Virus record (IMG/VR): IMGVR_UViG_3300017548_000002
Location: 1 to 53,105 of that record
From: a virus
Taxonomy: Duplodnaviria; Caudoviricetes
DNA: 53,105 bases
Direction: 5' to 3' (one strand)
This document shows positions 8,431 to 16,609 of this stretch, in pieces (position 1 is the stretch's first letter; each line of letters begins with the position of its first letter). The notes beneath the pieces are model-generated. The model saw only the letters and a list, made by a program, of their open reading frames with translations, did not search any database and was not told the DNA's origin. The translations under genes and the position numbers were made by a program.

Positions 8431-10133
8431 GATGCAGACACGGCACGTACGTCCTGAAACGCCCACTTGTAGGTCAGCGTGATGAAGCCATCGAAAGCCG
8501 CGGCAAACCGCATGCGCAGCCGCCCTGTCGTGCGGTCGTAGGCCCACCCTGTCGGGAACGACACGGCGGAACCGGAAGCCGTCGAGCGGCCAGTTGCGGA
8601 AACGACGATGAATGTTGCGGGCGAAGGCGCGTTCGGCAGCAACAGGAACGATGTCAGATCGATGAATGTGTCATTGCTGCCGTCGAAGTCGGTTGCGGCG
8701 ACGTTGACTTCAAGCTGCCCGTACGTGGTGCGAGCCAGTGTGCCGGTGCCGCCATTGGTGCCAGACATGAGCTTCCAGTCGCCCACCTCGCAGAATTGCA
8801 GGCCGCTGAAGCTGTTGCCTCCCGTCTCCTGGAGCGTCAGCGGCGTATAGGCGGTCGCGCCCGGCGATGGCGGGATGAGCGGAATCTGCGCCCGGTTGCC
8901 GCGCGCGTGGAACTGCATCAGTGTCTCGTTCGGCTCTCTGGCGATCAGCCTGATCATGTACGCGGGGGCAGGCGTGCCGCTGATCTCAAGGCAGAGCTGG
9001 CGGTTGTCGATGATCTCGACGTTGCGGGGTCCGCGCACCCAGATCACGGAGCTGTCGATATAGTTGTCGTGCACCATGATGTGTCCGGTGGCGCTGTCGC
9101 GGTCGATGAAGATCGACGGTCGGCTTACCGAATTGTCGAAAGCGTGCAGATGGTTGTGGGCGAGAAGAACGCCACTGACATTCCCGACGCGCACGCCCGT
9201 GGCGGAGCGGAAAACCTTGTTGCCGATCAGCTCGCAATCGCCCTGATCGCAATTGATGCCGATCGCATTGTTCGTCGCTTCCGGCGGAGACGTGTAGGCG
9301 AGGTCCGAACCGTAGACGTGATTGTAGAGCAACTCGCATTCGAGGCCGGTGCGCACGTTGATTCCGACGCCGCCATCGACGCCGCCGAAGCCGAAAACCC
9401 GACAATGCTTGATGGTGCCCCAGCGGTTGCCGCCGATCAGGTCGATGCCGCTCGCCTTGCCATTGCAGTTGACCAGTATGTTTTCGAGCATCATGCCGGC
9501 CGTATTGGCCGGCGCAAAATCGGTGCCTGACGTAGACGAGTTGATCAGCACCGCGTCGCCGGATGACCAGCCGTCATCGACGGCGATCAGGCTCAAGTTC
9601 TTGAGGTTGAGGCCGAAAGCGCCCTTAAGGTCCACCGGCTCGTTAAGCGCCAGCACCGCGCCCTGGCCGTTGACCTCGCGCCCGATGAGATTGTACCAAG
9701 GTCGCCCTTCCACCGGCGTTGTAGGCGTCGGCCAGGGGCCGGGCGGCAGATCGTCGTAGTCGCGCGAACGCTCCTGAACCGTGTTGAAAAGATCGTTGAG
9801 GCCAGCAACATTGGCTGATGCTTTCGACTCCGCACCATCCGATCCGTCGCATCCGAACCAGCGTGGATCGTAAGGCTCGAACGCCTTGAGCGCGGAAATC
9901 ACGCGCAGCGGCGTCATCAGATTGACGTTCGACGCTGTGTTTTCGTCCAGATCGGACGCCTGTTCCTCGGTGGCTACGATGTCATCGAGGCTACCGGCGA
10001 CCACGCTCTCTGGGTCGGCCCACTCAGCACCCGGCCCGGCTGACTTGACCGCCACCTGACCAGTCGTGCCGCCATCCGGGATCAGCCGGTCACGGATTTC
10101 AGGGCGCAGAAGGGGAACGGAAACCTGCGTCAT
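8415..10133 (-). CDS. Tailspike 2, parallel beta-helix depolymerase
   Basis: PDGGTTGQVAVK N-terminal motif, YDPRWFG, Asn/Gly/Ile-rich beta-helix repeats. Confidence 0.75.
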   Translation of the reverse strand: MTQVSVPLLRPEIRDRLIPDGGTTGQVAVKSAGPGAEWADPESVVAGSLDDIVATEEQASDLDENTASNVNLMTPLRVISALKAFEPYDPRWFGCDGSDGAESKASANVAGLNDLFNTVQERSRDYDDLPPGPWPTPTTPVEGRPWYNLIGREVNGQGAVLALNEPVDLKGAFGLNLKNLSLIAVDDGWSSGDAVLINSSTSGTDFAPANTAGMMLENILVNCNGKASGIDLIGGNRWGTIKHCRVFGFGGVDGGVGINVRTGLECELLYNHVYGSDLAYTSPPEATNNAIGINCDQGDCELIGNKVFRSATGVRVGNVSGVLLAHNHLHAFDNSVSRPSIFIDRDSATGHIMVHDNYIDSSVIWVRGPRNVEIIDNRQLCLEISGTPAPAYMIRLIAREPNETLMQFHARGNRAQIPLIPPSPGATAYTPLTLQETGGNSFSGLQFCEVGDWKLMSGTNGGTGTLARTTYGQLEVNVAATDFDGSNDTFIDLTSFLLLPNAPSPATFIVVSATGRSTASGSAVSFPTGWAYDRTTGRLRMRFAAAFDGFITLTYKWAFQDVRAVSASSPPS

Positions 10134-10146
10134 ATGCAGCTCCATC

Positions 10147-10170
10147 AAAAAAGCCCGCACAAAGGCGGGC
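10147..10170 (-). terminator. Intrinsic terminator between the tailspike genes
   Basis: Minus strand GCCCGC-CTTTGT-GCGGGC followed by T6. Confidence 0.7.
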
Positions 10171-10195
10171 GGGCATGTAGGGATTGGGTGAAGGG

Positions 10196-12154
10196 TTACG
10201 GCGCGAGCGCCACGCTCACGGAACTACCGGATACGTTGACCGTGAAGTCGTCGGAAAAGTTGATGAGCGTCACGCCGGAGACCGGGCCAACAGTCACGCC
10301 ATCCGACTGCACCGTCACGCCGGTAAAGACGTTCGTGGTGTTGCCGGAATTATCCACCAGATAATCGGTGATCGTCTGCGTATACTGGTTGTCGGGGCCG
10401 ATCCGCGTGCCGTTGACGCCACTGTCGATCAGTATGGCGGCGGTCAGCGGCTTGTAGCTGCCGGAGATCGCGCCGACGAACTGATTGCCGCCGATGGAGG
10501 CAAACCAGCTATCGCCAGTCAGTCGGACGCCGTAAGTATCTCCCGCGGAGGGACTGACGGCCTCCGGCAGAATGATGTTGCCGCTGACGACCGCATTGAT
10601 GCTGTCCACGAGGCGAGCGCCGGTCCATGTATGGGCAAACGCGTCGGACGGTCGCCCGATATGGTTGCAGAGAACATGCGACTGGCTGTATCGGTTGAGC
10701 GATACGCCCCATTCCGAAGCATTGATATGGTTGCCGATCACGCTGATGAGCGGCTGGCGCGTTCCCGTTTCCGCCTCGGCATCAATGCCACGGCGGACAA
10801 AGGCGAAGTTGTTGCCGTGGAAGTACATCCCTTCCGGGAAACCACGGATGCGCGCGCCGGTATGACAGAAATTCGCCGTGCAGCCGTACCACTGGTTTTC
10901 GATGGAAAGGCCGTTCGCCGGATCGTCACCGATGGTCTGCGTGTCGAAGTCGAACGCGATCCCGTCATAATATCCGCTCAATGCGGTGGGGTTGGTTGCC
11001 GATCCCCAATACCTGACCTTGCGCCGCTCCCCGAATGAGACGTTTCGCTCCCTGATACCAACCTCGAAATAGCCGTCATCGAGGCCGATGATTTCCAGGT
11101 TGCGGTACCCGACCCGGTGATGGTTGGTGAAATCGCCGTCATTGGGCAGGATCACGGAAATAGCGGCTGGAATGACCGTGGCGGTCTGAATGCCGAGCTT
11201 TTCAACGGAAAAGCCGCCGAACTCGCTTCCCGCCCCGGAAGGATGGTAGCGGAACCCGGCTGAGAGCGGGTTGGTGAAGATCACCTTCGCGACATTCTCT
11301 CCCGCCCCCATGACGTTGCCGCCATTGGTCGAGAAATCCAGAACGGATGCACAGCGATAGTCGCCGGGAGGAATGAACGGTTGCAGGCCCTCGTCCTGAC
11401 ACGCTGCGGCCCATGCCGCGAGTGCAGCCGTGTCGTCGCTTCCGTCCCCCTTTGCGCCATATTCCTGCGGGGCGAGAAAGACCGAATGGTTCAGGCTGAT
11501 GTTGAGCTTGGCGCGCGTGACTGTCCCGTCCGGGACCGGGGAAACGACGCTGCCGCTGACAAGCACGTTCACCTCGACCGAGATGCCGCTGTCGCCGCCG
11601 GAAGGCCACGTGCCGACCGGCACAATCTCCCCGTCCACGATGGAATAAGTGTTGCGGAACTGGTAGACGCCATCGAGGTAGAGCATGGTCGGGCCGTCGA
11701 AATCCGTCCCCATGCCAAGGTCGATCACGTCGCTCGATCCCGGCTCCACAGTGCCGTTGACCGTTACCCAAACCGCAGGCGTGGCAAGCGAGTTCTGCGC
11801 CAGGATGATCGCGTCATTGCCGATGGAGATCGGGTCCGGCGTCTCGACAAACCATGTCGTGCGCGATGCGGCATCCCCGCCGAAAACGAATACCTGCGTG
11901 CCCTGCCGGAGATCGTCATTGCGGGAGAAATCCCTTGACCTGCGCCACAGGCCGGTATCCATGATCCATATGCCGTTCTCGCGCTGATCGTTCTGGTCCT
12001 TCACCAGCACGCGCATGCCCGCGAACCCCGCCTGCCCGTCGATGGTCTGTATCCCCGACAAGGTGATATTGCCCGTTGTGGCGGCGTGGCACGGCCCCTT
12101 GATCGCGGTCGCGCTGGAAAGACCATCAAGACGGTCAATGGCAATAGAGGTCAT
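10196..12154 (-). CDS. Tailspike 1 (virion-anchored) with pectate-lyase-like beta-helix
   Basis: Anchor-type N-terminus ATTGNITLSGIQTIDG...RVLVKDQ...ENGIW; YGAKGDGSDDTAAL and FIPPGDY beta-helix entry motifs. Confidence 0.85.
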   Translation of the reverse strand: MTSIAIDRLDGLSSATAIKGPCHAATTGNITLSGIQTIDGQAGFAGMRVLVKDQNDQRENGIWIMDTGLWRRSRDFSRNDDLRQGTQVFVFGGDAASRTTWFVETPDPISIGNDAIILAQNSLATPAVWVTVNGTVEPGSSDVIDLGMGTDFDGPTMLYLDGVYQFRNTYSIVDGEIVPVGTWPSGGDSGISVEVNVLVSGSVVSPVPDGTVTRAKLNISLNHSVFLAPQEYGAKGDGSDDTAALAAWAAACQDEGLQPFIPPGDYRCASVLDFSTNGGNVMGAGENVAKVIFTNPLSAGFRYHPSGAGSEFGGFSVEKLGIQTATVIPAAISVILPNDGDFTNHHRVGYRNLEIIGLDDGYFEVGIRERNVSFGERRKVRYWGSATNPTALSGYYDGIAFDFDTQTIGDDPANGLSIENQWYGCTANFCHTGARIRGFPEGMYFHGNNFAFVRRGIDAEAETGTRQPLISVIGNHINASEWGVSLNRYSQSHVLCNHIGRPSDAFAHTWTGARLVDSINAVVSGNIILPEAVSPSAGDTYGVRLTGDSWFASIGGNQFVGAISGSYKPLTAAILIDSGVNGTRIGPDNQYTQTITDYLVDNSGNTTNVFTGVTVQSDGVTVGPVSGVTLINFSDDFTVNVSGSSVSVALAP

Positions 12155-12172
12155 CAGCGATGCTCCATGCAG

Positions 12173-12197
12173 AAAAGCCCCGCGCGAGGCAGGGCTT
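12173..12197 (-). terminator. Intrinsic terminator-like hairpin upstream of tailspike 1
   Basis: Minus strand AAGCCCTGC-CTCGC-GCGGGGCTTTTC. Confidence 0.55.
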
Positions 12198-12214
12198 GTG
12201 GTGAATGGTGGAAT

Positions 12215-12258
12215 TTTGTAAGGCGCCGCTTGACATTTGTCAGCCTACACCTTACAAA
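12215..12258 (+). promoter_or_regulatory. higBA promoter within an inverted-repeat operator
   Basis: TTGACA(12230)-N17-TACAAA; nested inverted repeats TTTGTAAGG...CCTTACAAA and TGACA-TT-TGTCA. Confidence 0.7.
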
Positions 12259-12263
12259 GAGTA

Positions 12264-12542
12264 ATGATTTCGTCGTTTCGCAACAAAGCCCTGCAACGCT
12301 TCTTCGAGACCGCGAACGCTCGCGGGCTTTCCGTTCAGGACGATAAGAGGGTTGCCCGTATCCTGCGGGCCTTGGAAGCGGCTTCAAGGCCGGAGGACAT
12401 GGACCTGCCGGGCTACCGCTTCCACGGACTGGTTGGGCAAGACAAAGGCCGCTACTCGGTGCGCGTGACTGGCAATTGGCGCATCACATTCGGATGGGAC
12501 GGCGAACACGTTACTGACGTTGATCTGGAGGACTACCACTGA
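12264..12542 (+). CDS. higB: HigB (RelE-family) toxin
   Basis: MISSFRNKALQRFF...GYRFHGLVG...YSVRVTGNWRITF...VDLEDYH. Confidence 0.93.
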   Translation: MISSFRNKALQRFFETANARGLSVQDDKRVARILRALEAASRPEDMDLPGYRFHGLVGQDKGRYSVRVTGNWRITFGWDGEHVTDVDLEDYH

Positions 12543-12919
12543 TGGCTACTGACACGATCAAGCGCGGTCTGCCCGCGATGCACCCCGGCGAAATTCTGCG
12601 CGAGGACATCCTTCCCGCGCTCGGCAGGACAAAGACCGAAATCGCCCGCCTGCTAGGCATTTCCCGGCAGACGCTTTACGATATTCTTGACGAGAAGCAG
12701 CCCGTCACCGTCGCAATGGCCGTCCGCCTTGGCAAACTGATCGGCAACGGGCCTGTATTCTGGCTAAACCTACAGCGCGCCTACGATCTTGAGCAGGCGA
12801 GCCGTGAGGTGGATGTTAGCGCGATACCTACGCTGGAAGCGTCCAAGGGTTCGGTAACCACCCCACTACAACACGAGGAAGCCACCGGACATCTGCTGGC
12901 TTTGAGGGAGAGGCGTTAG
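12542..12919 (+). CDS. higA: HigA antitoxin (XRE HTH)
   Basis: HPGEILRED...IARLLGISRQTL...FWLNLQRAYDL; toxin-first gene order. Confidence 0.93.
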   Translation: MATDTIKRGLPAMHPGEILREDILPALGRTKTEIARLLGISRQTLYDILDEKQPVTVAMAVRLGKLIGNGPVFWLNLQRAYDLEQASREVDVSAIPTLEASKGSVTTPLQHEEATGHLLALRERR

Positions 12920-12921
12920 CT

Positions 12922-13314
12922 ATGGCATACCTCGCTAGGCTGCTGGTAGTCGTGATGCTTTCGCTGGCGCCTATTGCGGGCGTATCAGCACTGGCGGAAA
13001 GCAATTTCATCGAACCGATCCGAGAGCCCCGCGACCTCACCAACTTCGTCCCATCCCCGGAAATACTCGTACGAGCGCAACGACAGCTCGAAATTCGGCG
13101 GCGAAATGAGATGTTGGCGGGCGCCGCGTACCTCCTCGTTGCTGCTGTAATTGCATTGCTCATAATTATCTGGATAAGACGCACGCATCTTCGCGCGGCA
13201 GCAAGAGAAGGTGCTATAACCACTGCCGCCTACGCCATCAAAGCCAAACGGGTGGCCGGTGAGGGGTTTGAGAATTTCAAGAAGCAGGCCACGGATAGGG
13301 CGGATAAACTCTAG
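12922..13314 (+). CDS. Membrane protein (signal peptide plus one TM)
   Basis: Hydrophobic N-terminus and LAGAAYLLVAAVIALLIIIWI; GAGG RBS. Confidence 0.6.
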   Translation: MAYLARLLVVVMLSLAPIAGVSALAESNFIEPIREPRDLTNFVPSPEILVRAQRQLEIRRRNEMLAGAAYLLVAAVIALLIIIWIRRTHLRAAAREGAITTAAYAIKAKRVAGEGFENFKKQATDRADKL

Positions 13315-13526
13315 TCGCAGACCGTGCGGCTTGCCCGCATGTCCCATTCAGTCCAGCAATCTCTGCCGCCGGAATTAGATCGCGGCTTGTCGAATGCGAG
13401 GATGACGATGGCGCAGGCTACGAATGCTGCGCCCGCAATGCCCACCTTGCGCATGTTGCCTTCCATGAAAGCACCTACGACGAACAGCGCGGCGACAAAC
13501 CCGAGAAAGCCAAACAGTGCCGCCAC
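13311..13526 (-). CDS. Small two-TM protein
   Basis: 71 aa, two hydrophobic segments, directly after the last ejection gene. Confidence 0.55.
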   Translation of the reverse strand: MAALFGFLGFVAALFVVGAFMEGNMRKVGIAGAAFVACAIVILAFDKPRSNSGGRDCWTEWDMRASRTVCD

Positions 13527-13528
13527 CG

Positions 13529-16500
13529 TCAGTTTCTCCGGGTGTCCGGTAGACCAAGCGCGTCCCCTGTAGCGGCTTCAACCTGATTGAGCATGCGCCG
13601 AATGTACCAGAGGTTTTGCAGCGGCACTAGCTGACGCATCTTGCGAAGGTCGGATTTCGTCGTATCCCCGGCGAAGATCGACCCGGACACCTGGAATATG
13701 TCTGCAACAGCATCCGCTGTCGGGCCAAGGAACGCGCCCGTGACGTTGCGCGTGGCATAGCGCGATACCTGTTCTCCGGTAATGGCCGAAAGCCCTACCC
13801 TGCCCCGAGTGGCCTTCTCACTGATATTGTTGGCCTCCATGAGCCACCCGCCAAGGCCGGACCAATCGAAGGCATTGACCGCCCATACGCGAGGATCGTC
13901 GGACGGCTCGCGTCCAGCCGCGGCTTCCTTCGCCCAATAGGTCATTGCCCCGAGGCCCATCATCACGAGCGCACCATTCAATGTGGCCGCGTCACGCTGC
14001 TGCAAACCCGCAAGAACGGTCCGCTGCATGCTGGCGACGGCAAATGACTTGAATTGACCCACCGTCTTACCGAGTTCGGTGCTCATCCAAAGCGGCTTGT
14101 CCTGCCCCGGCGTAACGATGGTTCTGTCCACATCGCGCACCACGGCGGTGCGGAATGCTTCGAGCGCCTGCCGATCTGTCCAGTTCTGCCCGCCAGGCAA
14201 ATAGATGCCATCGGAAACGGAGCCATTCGCCTTGAACTGCTGGACAATCCGGCTGGCGAGATCCTCGTTGATGCCAGCCGCAGCCAGTTTGCGAACGTCA
14301 GCCTTCGCTGGTTTCCCCGCCGCGACACGCTCCGCAGCCTTGAGAATATTCGTCATGGTAATGATGCCGGTGAACTGCTTCATCGCAGCGTTCCACGGGG
14401 CCATGAGCGAGACCATGCCGAAGCGGGACGACGCGGCCTGCATGCCGCGCTCGAACATCGAGTGCCGACCGAAATCCCCCGTAATATCCGCTATCGACAT
14501 GGTGCGGCTGTCCAGCACCATATCGAGCGCGGTACCGGCCATCTTCACTTCGTCGGCTGCAACGCGGAAGTTCTTGAAATTCCGCACCATCGGAACAAAC
14601 CCGTCGCGGAACGTGCTGACCAGCCCATGCGTGAACACGACCTTGCCCATGTCGGGGATTGCCGAAAGCGTCATGCCGCCAAGCAGCCGCATGTAGTTCA
14701 GATTCCGAACGATCCGGTTGCCGCGCAGGATCAGGCTGTCAGGATTCGACGGGAGCGCGTATTGCCCCCGTAGCCGGTCCCTGATGCCCTCCACGTCGCG
14801 GATAGCGTCCTTTCGGGCCTTGTCGAGCCGCTGGCGTTCCTTCTGCTTCTGTGCATCGGTCAGGTCACTCCCATCAACCTGCGCGATCTTGCGGTTGGCC
14901 TCGTCGTTCAGCTTGCGGATTTCTTCCGCCATATCGACCGAGCCAAATTTCTTGGCGATTTCCACGTCTGCCGACATGGTTCGGACCTGGGCATGCAGGA
15001 CGCGCTCCACGTCCAGTTCCATGAAGTCCTGTATCTTCGCGCTCTCGATGCGCAGAAGGCGCTCCTTGAGCGGGCCACGCGGGCCAGAGACGATGCTGTC
15101 GTAGGGGATGCGGCCCTCGGCATTGCCAAGGATCGTGTCGATAGTCTCGTCAACGATCTCCCTGACTTCCTGATCCGTAAGGCGGGCAAATTCCTCCATC
15201 TTCGCATCAACCTTCGCATCCGTTTCCGATGCCCGGTTGATCGTATCGGAAGCCCTCGCCGCCTCGTCTCGTTTGGTGATGAAATAATCGTTCAGGATGC
15301 GCGCGAAGTCGCCCTGCTGTGCAATGATCTTCTCACGGTTGTACATGCGGAACAGGTGCGACACGTCCCCCGCAACCGCCACATCCTCCGGGAACAGGCC
15401 GGCGTCTATCGCGGCTCGCTTCATGCTCTCGTCTATCTCGCGATACCGCTTTGCAGCCGCCGCCACCTCGGGGATGGCATGCTGTTCACCGGAAAAAGCC
15501 GCCTTGCCGACTTCCTCTCGAAACTGCTTCGCCGTGAGCTTCTGCCCGCCACGCCATGCCTGCAATTCGGAATAGGCCGGAGCCATGCGGGCGCGGATCG
15601 TTCCCACGTCAGGCGTGCCGTAGAAATACCTCGCATAATCTTCGTCAATGCCGCGAAGGGCCTGTGCAAGCGGTGCGTTCCACATCTTCATGCGGGTTTC
15701 GACCGAGCCGCCGATTTCCGTCGCTACGCCTTGCGCATTTTCCGCATATTCGAGCGGCGTTTCGGCCAGCCCACGTACGGTGCGCCGCGCATTGTCCAGA
15801 TCCGACAATTGCAGGCGGATCAAAGGATCCTGCCGGTTGGCGATCGGCAGTTTCGAGATAAGCGCCTCGTCCTTCAACCGAAGCGGGCCTACATCGCGCG
15901 CCGCCGCGCCAGCCGAGGCAGGCTGACCGGCAGAGGCGAACGCCTGATCGAAAGCGTCGTATTCGCGTTCCGAGTTCTCGATCCGGCGCGAAAGAGCGGC
16001 CTGCGATGCTGTGGACAGATAGCGGCCAGCAAGAGTTCCCAATGCGCCGCCAAGCAGGATGGAACCGCCGATGTTGTATATGCTTTCCTCGCCCGTCCGC
16101 GTAACCTGCGTCAGATGCAGCCCCGCCTCGGATACCGCCGCATCGACACCCGCGCCAATCGCGGCCCCTGCGGCTATGCGCGCAAGAGACGATCCCGCTC
16201 CGATCACGCCGCCACCCACCGGGAGCAAGGTCGGAAGGTCCAGAACACCCGCAGCCATAGCCGCGACGAATCCCATGCCGCCCGCTGCCTCAATCGTGCG
16301 GCGGTCGGCCTGCTCCCTGACGATCTGCTCTTTCAGTGCATCTGCCGCCTTACGGTTGCGGATGCCGGCAAACTCCCGCGCGTAAGGCGCAAAGTCGGCA
16401 TCGTCCGCGATGTAGTCAATTGCGTTGAACCCGTCCTCCACTTCCTCCGGGTCCGGCATGCCACGCGATGACAGCCACGAACCGACGATGTTTTCCGTTC

Positions 16501-16609
16501 GGAACGCTGCACCGAATGTTTCGGCAAGCGTCGGATCAGGAAGTCGCTCCGGCGGTTGGAGATTGCGCAAATCGTGCGGGGGGAGTTCAACCTTGACAAA
16601 CGGCATCAC
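13529..16609 (-). CDS. Large internal virion (DNA ejection) protein
   Basis: 1026 aa, Ala/Gly-rich; third position in the podovirus ejection gene block. Confidence 0.75.
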   Translation of the reverse strand: MMPFVKVELPPHDLRNLQPPERLPDPTLAETFGAAFRTENIVGSWLSSRGMPDPEEVEDGFNAIDYIADDADFAPYAREFAGIRNRKAADALKEQIVREQADRRTIEAAGGMGFVAAMAAGVLDLPTLLPVGGGVIGAGSSLARIAAGAAIGAGVDAAVSEAGLHLTQVTRTGEESIYNIGGSILLGGALGTLAGRYLSTASQAALSRRIENSEREYDAFDQAFASAGQPASAGAAARDVGPLRLKDEALISKLPIANRQDPLIRLQLSDLDNARRTVRGLAETPLEYAENAQGVATEIGGSVETRMKMWNAPLAQALRGIDEDYARYFYGTPDVGTIRARMAPAYSELQAWRGGQKLTAKQFREEVGKAAFSGEQHAIPEVAAAAKRYREIDESMKRAAIDAGLFPEDVAVAGDVSHLFRMYNREKIIAQQGDFARILNDYFITKRDEAARASDTINRASETDAKVDAKMEEFARLTDQEVREIVDETIDTILGNAEGRIPYDSIVSGPRGPLKERLLRIESAKIQDFMELDVERVLHAQVRTMSADVEIAKKFGSVDMAEEIRKLNDEANRKIAQVDGSDLTDAQKQKERQRLDKARKDAIRDVEGIRDRLRGQYALPSNPDSLILRGNRIVRNLNYMRLLGGMTLSAIPDMGKVVFTHGLVSTFRDGFVPMVRNFKNFRVAADEVKMAGTALDMVLDSRTMSIADITGDFGRHSMFERGMQAASSRFGMVSLMAPWNAAMKQFTGIITMTNILKAAERVAAGKPAKADVRKLAAAGINEDLASRIVQQFKANGSVSDGIYLPGGQNWTDRQALEAFRTAVVRDVDRTIVTPGQDKPLWMSTELGKTVGQFKSFAVASMQRTVLAGLQQRDAATLNGALVMMGLGAMTYWAKEAAAGREPSDDPRVWAVNAFDWSGLGGWLMEANNISEKATRGRVGLSAITGEQVSRYATRNVTGAFLGPTADAVADIFQVSGSIFAGDTTKSDLRKMRQLVPLQNLWYIRRMLNQVEAATGDALGLPDTRRN

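Noticed and set aside
7294-12154. Invertible or shufflon-type tail-fibre switch
   Set aside because: No invertase gene or flanking inverted repeats seen
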